Shown here in pieces: positions 25,401-37,400 of a DNA stretch of 64,000 nt (position 1 is its first letter; the number at the start of each line of letters is the position of its first letter). The stretch lies in NCBI GenBank assembly GCA_013265495.1, contig MU060807.1:428921-492920 (forward strand). The letters are read 5' to 3'. The position numbers were made by a program, and so were the translations under genes. The notes beneath the pieces are model-generated. The model saw nothing but the letters and a program-made list of their open reading frames with translations, was not told the DNA's origin and ran no database searches. This DNA comes from Vicugna vicugna. Lineage: Eukaryota.

Positions 25401-28400
25401 GACAGGAGACGGGAGGGGAGGGGGGCCTCCCCACCCCTCCCCCTGGCTCGGGTGTGTGGGTGGGCGACCTCAGGCTGGTCTTGGAGCTTCCCAAACTTGT
25501 GCCATGTGTCAGTGTCCACCCCCACCAGCTGTCCCTCCAGGTTGCAGTAAGGGCCCCTCCCTCACCTCTCAGGTGCAGCCCCGGGCCTGCGCCATCCCCC
25601 AGCCTTCCCTGCACCCTGGGCACCCACCCCTGTGCAAGGGTCTTTGAAGAAACTCTCCTCTTTATCCCAATTTGAGCCACCTTCCGATTCTGGCCAGGAC
25701 ACTCACTGAAACACTCACATAATTCTATCTTACCCTTTTCTAAGCTTTTCATGTTTATTTGTTTAAAACTGTTTTAAAATTTACCTATATGTACTGTTCA
25801 TTGCTTCTAAGAACAGTGTAGAGCTTTAGCTTTTTAAACTTACATGGTTAGCAAAGGAATAAAGCCAACCACAAAATAAGAATCAACAGAATGCAGAAAT
25901 CCAGTCATAAAGGACAGTCAGGTGTGCTCACACATAGACAAGAAATCAGTCATCTAAGTCATAGTTCATTTGTGTCCCTTTTGGGGGGGGTTCCACATAT
26001 AAGCGGTATCATATGGCGTTGTTCTTTCTCTGTCTGACTTACTTCACTTTGNNNNNNNNNNNNNNNNNNNNNNNNNNNNNNNNNNNNNNNNNNNNNNNNN
26101 NNNNNNNNNNNNNNNNNNNNNNNNNNNNNNNNNNNNNNNNNNNNNNNNNNNNNNNNNNNNNNNNNNNNNNNNNNNNNNNNNNNNNNNNNNNNNNNNNNNN
26201 NNNNNNNNNNNNNNNNNNNNNNNNNNNNNNNNNNNNNNNNTTTTTGAATTATATTTTTCTCTGGATGTATGCCCAGGAGTGGGATTGCTGGTTCATATAG
26301 TAAGTCTATTTTTAGTTTTTTTAAAGAACCTCCATACTGTCCTCTATAGTGACCACACCAATTTACATTCTCACCAACCCTGTAGGAAGGTTCATTTTTC
26401 TCCACACCCTCTCCAGCATTTATTGTTTGTGGACTTTTTAATGATGGCCATTCTTCCTGGTGTGAGGTGATACCTCGTTGTAGTTTTGATCTTCATTTCT
26501 CTGACAATTAGTAATGCTGAACACCTTTTCATGTGCTTGTTGGCCGTCTGTCTGTCTTCTTTGGAGAGGTGTCTATTTAGGTCTTCTGCCCACTTTTTGA
26601 TTGGGGTGATTGTTGTTTTGAAATTAAGGTGTATGAGCTGTTTGTATACTTTGGAGATTAGTCCCCTGTTGGTTGTATCGTTTGCAAATATTTTCCCCCA
26701 CTCTGTAGTTGTCTTTTCGTTTTGTTGATGGTATCCTTAGCTGTGCAAAAGCTTTTTTTTTTCTTTTTGGTGGGGGAGGTAATCAGGTTTATTTATTTAT
26801 TCTTAGAGGAGGCACTGGGGATTGAACCCGGGACCTCAGGCATGCTAAGCATGCGCTCTGCCCATGTGAGCTATACCCTCCCCCACAAAAGCTTTTAAGT
26901 TTAATTAGATCCCGTTTATTTTAGCTGCTAATTCCATTACTCCAGGAGCTGGTTTGAAAATATATATTGCTGTGATTTATGTCCAAGACTGTTCTGCCTA
27001 TGTTTTCCTCTAGGAGTTTTATAATATCCAGTCTTACCTTTAGGTCTTTAATCCATTTTGAGTTTATTTTGGTATGTTAGAGAATGTTCTAATCTCAGCC
27101 TTCTGCAGGCAGCGGTCCAGTTTTCCCAGCACCACTTGCTGAAGGGACTGTCTTTTCTCCATTGTGTGTTCCTGCCTCCTTTGTCGTGCATTAACTGACC
27201 ATGAGTGCGTGGGTTTATTTCTGGACTTTATCCTGTTCCATTGATCTGTGTCTGTTTTGGTGCCAGTACCACCCTGTTTTGATTACTGCAGCTTTGTAGT
27301 ATAGTCTGAAGTCAGGGCATGTGATTCCTCCAGCGCCATTCTTTATAAAGATCGTTTTGGTTATTCGGGGTCATTTACGTTTCCCTACCAATTTTAACCT
27401 TTTTTTTGTTCCAGCTCTGTGAAGAATGTCATTGGTAACTTGATAGAGATTGCATTGACTGTACTAACTTGGGTAGTATGGCCATGCTAACAATATGGAT
27501 TCTTCCAATCCAAGAAATGGTATATCTTTCCATTTGTTTATGTCATCTTCAAGTTCTTCCAGCAGTGTCTTGTAGTTTTCAGGGGACAGGTCTTTTGCCT
27601 CCTTGGGAGGTTTGTTCCTAGGTATTTTATTCTAAATTTTATGTGTGATGGTAAATGGTATTGTTTCCTTAATTTCTTTTTCTGCTATTTCATTGTTAGT
27701 GTATAGAAATGCCTCTGATTTCTGTATATTAATTTTGTATCCTGCAAATTTACTGAGTTCTAGTAGTTTTCTGGTCGCTTCTTTAGGGTTTTCTATGTAT
27801 AGTATCATGTCATCTGCGAACAGTGACAGTTTTACTTCTTCGCTTCCAATTCGGATTTCTTTTATTTCTTTTTCTTCTCTGATTGCTATGGCTAAGACTT
27901 CCAAAATTATGCTGAATAAAAGTGGCTAACGTGGGCATCCTTGTCTCGGCCCTGATCTTAGAGGGCATGCTTTCAGCTTCTCACCACTAAGATGTTAGCT
28001 GCGGGTTTGCCATATATGGCCTTTATTATGTTGAGGTATGTCCCATCTATGCCCACTTTCTGGAGAGTTTTTATCATAAATGGATGTTGAATTTTATCGA
28101 AAGGTTTTCTGCATCTATTGGGATGATCATATGGTTTTTATTCTTAAGTTTGTTAATGTGGTGCATCACAGTGATTGATTTGCAGATANNNNNNNNNNNN
28201 NNNNNNNNNNNNNNNNNNNNNNNNNNNNNNNNNNNNNNNNNNNNNNNNNNNNNNNNNNNNNNNNNNNNNNNNNNNNNNNNNNNNNNNNNNNNNNNNNNNN
28301 NNNNNNNNNNNNNNNNNNNNNNNNGTCATTTTCTTTTTTGTGATATCTTTGTCTGGTTTTGATGTCAGCTTTCTTTTGGTTCCCATTTGCATGGAATATC

Positions 28401-31400
28401 TTTTTCCACCCTCTTACTTTCAGCCTGCATGTGTCTCTAGCTCTGAAGTGGGTCTCTTGTAGACAGCGCATATATGGGTCTTGTTTTTGTATCCATTCAG
28501 CTGGTCTGTGTCTTTTGGTTGGAGCATTTAATCCAGTTACATTTAAGGTAATTGTCAGTACATATGTTCTTATTGCCATTTTGTTAATTGTCTGGGGTTT
28601 GTGAGAAATTCCTTTAACATTTGTTGTAAAGCTGGTTTGGTGGTGCTGAATTCTTCAGCTTTTGTTTATCTGTGAAGGTTTTGATTTCTCCATAAATCTG
28701 AACAGAAGCCTTGCTGGACAGAGAATCCTTGGTTGGAAGTTTTCCCCTTTCATCACTTCAAATATATCATGCCATTCTCTCCTGCCCTGTAGAGTTTCTG
28801 CTGAAAAAATCAGCTGATAATCTTACAGGAGTTCCCTTGCATTTTACTTGTTGATTTTCTCTTGCTGGTTTTAATATTTTCTCCCTATCCTTAATTTTTG
28901 TCAATTTGATCACTACGTGCCTTGGTGTGTTCCTCTTTGGGTTGATCTTGTGTGGAACTCTCCACGCTTCCTGGACTTGGGTGACTGTTTCCTTTCCCAA
29001 GTTAGAGAAGTTTTCAGTAATTATGTCTTCAAAAGTTTTCTCAGGTCCTTTTCTTTCTCTCTTCTCTTCCTGGGACTCCTATAATTTTCAGTAGGCACAC
29101 TTTATGTTGTCCCAGGGTTCTCTTAAACTGTCCTCATTTCCTATCATTCTTTTTTCTGTTCTGCAGCTGTGATTTGCCCTAGTCTGTCTTCTAGCTCACT
29201 GATCCGTTCTTCTGCCTCATTTAGTCTATTCTTGGTTCTTTCTAGTGTGTTGTGCATTTCAGTGATTTTATTCTTTAACTCTGTTTGGATATTGTTTATA
29301 TTTTCCAATTCTTTGCTAAAAACTTCACTCTGTGCATCTGTACTCCTCTTGAGTTCTCTGAACATCTTCACCATCATGACTTTAAACTCTTTGTCGGATA
29401 AATTGCCTAGCTCCTCATCGCTTATTTCTTCTTCTGGGATTTTCATCTTGTGCCTTGGCCTGGGAGATATTCCTCTGCCACCTCATATTATCTATCTTTC
29501 TATTTGTATTTTTAGGTAGGTTAGTTACATTTCTCAACCTTGGAGAGGTGGCCCTCTGTGGGAGACAATCTATCCGTCCCAGCAGTGCACGCCTCTCTTG
29601 TCGCCCAAGGGCCAGGGTCCAGCCGGTCCCAGTGCAGAGTCTGGCCTGTGTGTGTGGGCTCCTTCCACAGGCTTTGCGATTATTGTTTCCTTATTTCTGG
29701 CATCTTCCCCTTGTGGATGAGGCTGGACTAGAGGCTTATGCAGGGTTCCTGGCAGGAGAAGTGCCTGCCCAGTGCTGGTCATGGACCAGCTTGAAGCTTG
29801 GTCCTGGACCTCTGGTGGGTGGGGCTGTGTCTAGAGGTGTTTGTGGCTCAAGAAGTCTGCTGGTGGGGGGGGGACTGTGTTCCAACCCAGTGTGTTTGGC
29901 TTGAGGCTTCCCAGCCGTTAAGTCTACAGGCTATTGGGTGGGGCTGGGTCTTGGTGCCAATGATCCAATCAAGATGTCAGCCTCCAGGAAAGCTCATGTA
30001 GGTGAGCACTCCCGGAATGTCCACCACCAGCTTTGATGTCCCCTGGGTGAGCTGCAGCCATCCCCTACCTTCCCACGAGACGTTCCAAAACCAGCAGGCA
30101 GGTCTGACCCCAGTTCCTGTGAAATCATGGCCTCTGCCCTTGGACCTGGCACGCGTGAGATTCTGTGTGAGCTTCCCAAGAGAATGAAGTCTCTGTCTGC
30201 CCCAGTCCTGTGGGGTCCTGGAGTGAAGCCCCACTGGCCTTCAAAACCAGATGTCCTGGGGTCTCCTCCTCGCAGTGCCAGAGCCCCGGGCTGGGGAGCC
30301 TGCCGTGGGGCTTAAGGCTCTCAGTCCTGTGGGAGTGCCTCTGCGACTTAATTATCCTTCAGCTCATGGGTCACCCACCCGGCAGCGGTCTGGGGCCCAA
30401 TTGCATCATGAGCAGGCCCCTCCTACCGTCCCGCTGAGGTTCCCTCTTTATCTTTCCCGTTGAAGATCCATTTTGCCAGGTTCCAGTCTTTTTTTTCAAT
30501 GGCTGTTCAGCAGTCAGTTGTGGCTTTGCTGTAGTTGCGAGGAGAGGCGAGCTCGTGGCCCTACCACTCCACCATCCTGACTGGAAATCAAAGCAGTCTC
30601 TTTGGGAGCCTCTCACAGCCCAGTGAGCATCTCCTCTCCATGAGCATCTCCAGTGAAGCAGAGTCCTACCTGGTTCGTTGCCAGCTGCCTACGTCCTAAA
30701 CGAACTGCCTTGCCTTGCTGGGGCTCTGAAATAAGCTTTTCGTTTTTTAAACAACTGCCACTGTGTCACGTCCACAGACCATGGCGAGGATGAGCTTGCC
30801 ACGAGTGCTCTGGCGTGGTTACCACCTTCAGGCATGTGTGGGGTGCCCGCCACCCTGAGTAACCAGGCCAGGGCTCTCCGGCTGCTGGGTCCTGGACACA
30901 ATGCATGGAAGGGGACCCAGGCTTAGCCCCATGTCATGGCCTATGACCGTGGCAAGCTGTCCCAGTAATTTCCCCAAATCCCCAGGGGCTGAGCTCTCCC
31001 AGGCAGCGCTGCCTGCTCTCAGCGTCTGTGTGTGTGTGTGTTGTCTGAGCCCCGTCCCCGCCACCACCTCCACTCGGCCAGCCCCAGGCCAAACACATGC
31101 CCCTTTGAGCAGGGGTTGAACTGTGTCCTCCAGAGAGATGTGGAGATCCCTCCCCTCCCGGGACCTGTGAATTACTGGTAATACTGTCGCTGCAGACGTA
31201 ACTGAGATGTAAGTTGACGTCCTACTGCAGGGGCGTGGGCCTTTGATCCAGTATTCCTGGGATCTGTATAAGAGGAAGAGGAGAGGCACACCCAGGGGAA
31301 ATGGCCTCATGACAACGCAGGCAGAGGGTGGAGGGATGGGTCTACAGGCCAAGGACTGCCGGCAACCCCCAGGGGCTTGGAGAGGGGCCTGGGACAGACC

Positions 31401-34400
31401 GTCCCCTGGAGCTTTCAGAAGGAGCCCAGCTCCGATCGCCTTGACTGTGGACTTGTGGCCTCCAGGGTACAAGAATAAATTCCCCTTGTTGGAGCCGCCC
31501 AGTTCGTGGTGCAGTGTCACAGCGGCCCCAGGACACTTGAACAGACTCCAGCTCGCACCTAGCACTTGGTGAGCTGAGTGGTTTGGAGACCCCACGTGGT
31601 GTCAGATCAGCCTCCCTCTCTCCCTGTTGCTCTTTCCCCCGTAGCATTTTCCAGAGCGAAACAACCTTCCTGATGGCGGTTTCTCTTGCCCAGGAAGGCC
31701 CTTGAGCATCAGTGCTCTCCCCCTAGGAGGAGTGATTCTTGAGACTAAGACATTGCTCCATCCGGTTTTAGTGTAAGCCCTGGTTATACAAGTGCTGTAT
31801 CGTGGCTGGTATTTTTTTGGTGTTTTAAATGATAATTCTTAACTGTTTAAATCTTCCTTGCCAAAACCTTGATTTCTTCTGGGTCTGGAATAAATTTCTC
31901 CAGACCTTGGACCTAGTTTGTCTTGTAGGTTTATAAACTAAGTATTTGGGAATTCATGCATCAGCACGATATCAGAGGTGTCCGTTTAACAAGTTGTTAC
32001 GCAGAGCAAGCTTCTCCATCTCGACGGCTGGTGTCTTCTTGCTCCTGACACTTGGCAGCGCACGTGGCATCTGCAGCCAGGCGCCTGGGCATGTCGCGGG
32101 GAACAGGGCAGGCGGTGATGGCACATATCTCGCGTCTCCCCAGCTGCTGTACATGTGCGGTGGCCTCTTGGAACGGCCACTGATCCTCGCCGAGGTGGTG
32201 CCCCGGTACTCGGTCATGCTGGAGCTGTTTGACGCTGAGTTGGACAACACCAAGATCCTGTATGACACCCAGATTGCGGCCTCGGCAGACAGGAACATCC
32301 CCCCCATCCATAAAAACATGCCTCCGGTGGCCGGACAGCTCAAGTGGAGCCTGGAGCTGCAGGAGAGGCTGGAGGGCCCCATGAGGGACCTCAAACACAT
32401 CGAGCACCCGTGAGTCCCAGTGCCGGGCAGGTTCACCTCTGAGGGGGTGGGGCTGTCCCATCTCCAAGGCCACACCTTTCCTTCCTGGAACACCCTCCCA
32501 GGAGTCGTCCCATTGGTGCCCGCCGCCTCCTCTGGGCCCCTTCCCAGGGGGTGAGGTCAGGACGAACCCAGCTCACCCTCCCCGAGACGGTCACCCCAGT
32601 GCAGATGACCAAAGACGCCCAGAGAACAAGCCCGGGCTACGTCCTCAGCGTGGGCCAGAGCAGGGGGTCGGCCACTGTCACTTGCCTTTGCAGAGCCTGG
32701 AAAGCGGGGGGAGGAGTCGGAGAGCTCATGGCAGGACCAGGGGGGCTCCAGGTCGCCTGGATCAGAGGCTGTCAGCGTAGGGGCTGGAGGACGGGGCGTC
32801 CTGTGTGGTTAGGTCTGGCCCTCTGGTTGGTCCTCACTTGGCGGGCAGGGCTGGGATCAGGGAAGGCGGCAGTGATTAATCAAGTCCTGGCCTTTGGGGG
32901 CCAGTCCTGCAAGGGGGATCCTGTGACCTTCTGCTCTGGGTGCTGCCTGTAGAGGGGCCATCGCTCATCGTAGATGCCGTCTCTCAGGCGGGAACAGAGA
33001 GCCTGCTGTCGGCTGAGGCAGCCCGAGATCTGGCAGCCATAGTTGGGGTCACGGTGCCTGACTGTCCTCCTGACTCTGATTTCAGGGTCATGTCCAGCGT
33101 GGAGGCCAAGCTGATCTACCAGAAATACGATGAGATGATGGAGCTGTTGAGAAGCTACCGAGAGAGGATCTACCGGCAGTGGGTGGCGGGGGTGGACCAG
33201 GACTGCCACTTCAACCTGGGGCAGCCCCTGATCCAGCGGGACCCCGTCACTGGCCTCATCCGCGTCAACTTCAGCAAAGCGGTGGGTGCCTTCTGGCTGC
33301 TGTCTCAGGTGGGCGGCTGGGCCGGGGGCTGCCCTGGGGACTGACCTGGTGTTCCCCGTGGGGGGCGCCCATGTGGCTCTGAATCCAATCCCCTCTTACC
33401 AACAGCAGGGACTTGTAGGGTTGGCATTTATGTCCTGTTTAGCTAAAGCTTTATTATTTATTTTCTTAAGCATGCCCAGGACATATTTAAGATATGAGAC
33501 AAAATCATAGCAACCTTGAGAATTTTTTTAAAAAAAAGATCTTGCAGGATCTGAACAAACGGGCCCCTGTTCCGGCTGGACAAGCTGGAGGGAAACCCAC
33601 ACCGTCCAGGGCTAAAACCCGGGACTGTGGACCGTGCCCAAGGGCAGAAGCAGGAGCAGCCTGAATTCCTAGGAGCACCTGCCTCACGAGAATGCGTTTG
33701 TCCTACTCGGAACTCCGGTGGTGGCACCAGGAAGACAGGGAACCCAGATGGGACTTTTCCTCTGAAACCTTCTCTGTCGCTAAAATTCATTCTTTCATTC
33801 AACAAATATTTACTGGGCACCTACTCTGTGTGTGTGTGAACCAACAGGGGTCTCTGTCCTGAAGCCTCCCTCCTGCAGGGAGGAGGAGAGAGACAGACAG
33901 GACAGAGAGGGAAGAGGGCGGGGCTGGAAGGGCAGGGAGAACGCGTGGAGGGAGCCGTAAAGCGAGGTAAAGCGAGCCAGTAATGATGGTGATGATCAGT
34001 ACCTTGAAGGAGGGGAAGGGCGGGTAAGGGGGCCACTGAGGGAACCAGAGGACGGGGACAGGTTGCGGTTTTGGATTCAAGCAAAGACTTGCAGGAGGTA
34101 AGGGAGCTGACCAGCAGAGATGGGAGGAAGGTCTTTGAGGAGAACAAACAGCTAAAGCGAAGGCTGGGAGGTGTGTGTGTACCTGGCGGGTTGTGGCAGC
34201 AGGTGGCCAGTGGGGCCAGGTAGAGTGAGCACAGGGGAGGGGAGGGGAGGATGGAGGAGGGGGAGGACGGGGCATGGAGAGCCTCACGGGCCACAAGAGG
34301 GACTTGGATTTTGTTCTGCATGAGATGGCAGCCTTGCAGGGTTTCGAGCTGGGGGAGCCCTGGTCTGATTGGTATGTTTCCAGGGTGTCTCTAGATGCTG

Positions 34401-37400
34401 TGTGTGAACAGACTTGGGGGGAGGGCAGGGCTGGAAGCCAGGGGGCCACTTAGAGCAATTTCCTGGAATCCAGGTGAGAGCCTGTGAGAGGGTGGCAGCC
34501 TGGACCAGAGCAGCAGCAGGGAAGGTGCACAGAGCGACCAGACTTGACCCTGGTGCCAGTGAGGTACTAGGCAGGCTGGGATCTGTTCAGGGACCAGAGG
34601 GGGCAGCCTCTCTGTTCGGGAATGGGGCAGCTGGAAGCAGGGTGTTGCCAGCAGCTGAGACGGTGGGGGGAGGCAGCAGCCAGGGCCGGACCGCTGCTCT
34701 GTTTCAGTCACGTTGAGTTTAACATCTAAACGGAGATGTTGAGTTAGCAGGTAGACGTAGGAGGCAGGGGTCAGGAGAGAGATTTGAGTTGGGGACGTGC
34801 TTGCCGGAGTTGTCCACCCATAGGTGGTTCTTAAAGTCGCGATGCGGGGTCAGTCAGCAAGGTGAGCAGAGGAGGGGGCCCCCATCTGCAGGGGACCCCC
34901 GTCTGCGACTCTGCAACATGCAAATCTCAGGAGCCTCCGAAGAGACTGATAATGGGAACCAGGAGGGTCTGGTGTCCTGGATGCAGATAGCAGACCATGT
35001 GCCCAGGAGTGGGGGGGAACTGGCTGCTGAGATGAGGCTTGGAAGCGGCCAGTGGATTCAGACTTGAAGGTCACTGGTACCTTAACAAGAGCAGCTTTCG
35101 CCGAGCAGCAGGGCAGAAGCTCTGCTGGAAGGGATGCCCAGCTGTCCGTCTCCTGGGCCGTAAAACTCGGGCAGGAGAGGGACAAGGGCAGGTCAGATTC
35201 TAGGGCGGAGCCGGGCGAAGCCCTGGAGCCTGGGGGTCACGACGGTGTCACCCACGGCGCTGCCTCAGGACCAGTCAGTAGAGCGCAGATGGCCTGACCG
35301 CCAGCAGAGCCCGGCCCCCGCCACGCCTCCCCCCAGGCTGTGGAAGCGCCCCGGGGTCGGACCCTTGCTTGTGTGGCCTGCCACTGAGGCCACCCCCCGC
35401 CCGCTTCTGTCCTCTTCATTTGCTCTAGTTGGTGGCAGTGCTGAGAGAGGTCAAGTACTTGAACTTCCAGCAACAAAAAGAGATCCCCAGCAGCGCTGAG
35501 AATCTGTACTCACAGTATGAAACCTTCCGGAAGTTTGTGGGCAACCTGGAGCTCATCGTCGGCTGGTACGATGAGGTGAGCCGGTGTCCTTTGGTTTCCT
35601 TTTGTTTGCCAAGCTGGGTTTCGTTTAGAGCAAATGCAGGAGTCACGTCTCCAAGTGGAATAGACCTGAGGATGTTTTCATGTTTGAAGGTGGCTGGAGC
35701 CCCTCCCCGGGGCCTCGCCCTTCCCGCCTTCCTGGGCTCGAGGTCATGTCACTCCCGCTTCAGATCACACCATCCAACCTCCGCCCCCGTTGTCACCTGC
35801 CCATCTTTTCTTTTGCCCTTCTTGGCTCCCTCTTAGAAGGACCACGTGATTGCACTGGGCCCACCAGATACCAGGGCCCTTAACTGAATCACGTCTGCAA
35901 ATTCTCTCTCTCCGGGTCTGGTGACATAGTCCCAGGTCCTGGGGATTAGGACGTGGGCGTCTTTGGGGACCATTATCTAGCCTCCCACAGTCTCTCCTTG
36001 GGACCCTGGGGATTTGGACTTGGGGAGCAGAGAAGCCAGAGTGAGCAGAAACACAGGCTGCAGACAGAAGGGAGCAGGAGGGGCGGCAGAGGGCGGGAGA
36101 GGCGGAGGGGAGGTGCAGGCTCTGCGGGTCCAGCCCCCGGGGCTCCACTGGACGCACAGATATCTGTGTGCTTTCCTTCCTCCAACCCCAGCTCCTCCAG
36201 CAACCCCCACTCCCGCCCGTGACTGCAGGCAGCTTTACTGGGCTTATGTTTCTTGCAGCCAGCTTGCCCCCAAATGGAGCAACTGTCTGGGACCTGGGAC
36301 ATTTCCATTTCTGTGTCTTGGGGTTGAGTCTGTCCAGGAGATGCTTACACACTCCCAGACCCCTGGAGTGAAAGCCCCTTTCCTAGAGCCCTGGGGGGCA
36401 CCCTCCCTCAGCCTGCTTTGTGGGGCCTTGAGCTGAATGTCTGGTCCCATCCAGGACGTGAGGAGGGAGTTCCCTGTCCTGCCCCCCCACCAGCCCCTGC
36501 TGAGTGTGCAACTACACCGTGCGCCCCCCTCCCACGAGAGAAAGAAAACGTAGTATTGTGAGTCCAAAGGGTGTTTCTGTTATGCGACACTGGCTGCCAG
36601 GACACCTCACGTAGGGGATGGTGGCTGCATTCACCCCAGCCTGGGAATTCCATGCCGAGCGGAGAAGGTTGATGTGTCAGGATGCTCAAGGCCAGGTCTT
36701 GGGGAATCTGGAGAGGGCTCCTGTTCTTGCTAGAGGTGACCTCCCCTACGCGAAGGCAAAGTGAAGCGGGACGGGTCGTGCCGGCAGGTGGATTTGTCAG
36801 AAGTAGCCCTCGCCCCAGCCCCGCCTCCCGACACAGCCACCAAAGCCTCGACCGCAGTCCCGCTCCTCAGTCTCTTCCCGGATTAGGGCGTGGTGGTAAT
36901 GGAGCCTAAAATGTGTGCAGTATAAACTAGAGCAAGCGCATTTCCATTACTGTCATTTTTTTAAGATAAAATTTTAATCAACTCACTCCTGGGAGCGCCG
37001 AGCCATGAAGCGCCAGGGCCTTAGTGCGTTTCCTTGAATGCGCTTTCTCCAGCGTCTTCAGGCTCTAGGAGCGCGCGTTCGTCCAGCCCCTGGAGCACCT
37101 CCCAGCCACGGTGTTTAGGATGAAACGGAGGCTTTACGGATGTAGTAACGTGGGAAATGTTTGTGGGTTACTTTCAGTGCAAAGGATTTTTTTTATGATA
37201 ACACAATCAGAAACAAAAAAAATCCAACAGATGCTATTGAGAATAAAACCCCAGATTGATCTTCCACTTCTGAATTTCCAGACAAATCCCAGCTGAGCCC
37301 AGGCTGGTGCGGCGTGCTAGCGTCGGCCACGAACACGGTTGTTTTCGCCGGTAAAAGTGTCGGAGTCGGGTGAGGAGCGGGAGAGTGAGCTCGGCACCTG

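Larger units (their letters stand above)
25958..30580 (-). mobile_element. Rearranged L1: 5' UTR, disrupted ORF1, internally deleted ORF2, 3'-clipped
   Basis: 5' end caggatggtggag at ~30580; ORF1 coiled coil (29446-29144) and RRM (29000-28767); ORF2 endonuclease start [20 protein letters not shown] (28579); RT motif [11 protein letters not shown] (27904-27632); C-terminal region (26405-25959). Confidence 0.95.

Noticed and set aside
25959-29446. L1 ORF1/ORF2 pieces as a domesticated or functional gene
   Set aside because: Frameshifts, stops, a large internal deletion and a SINE insertion.
30828-31595. 255-aa - strand ORF
   Set aside because: Overlaps a MaLR LTR and GC-rich intron; no recognisable domain.
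31929-32143. Upstream acceptor (gtcttgtAG, 31928) extending exon 12 through an open frame
   Set aside because: The extension is 215 nt (not 3n), and the coding frame has TAA at 31934; the open stretch is compatible with chance.
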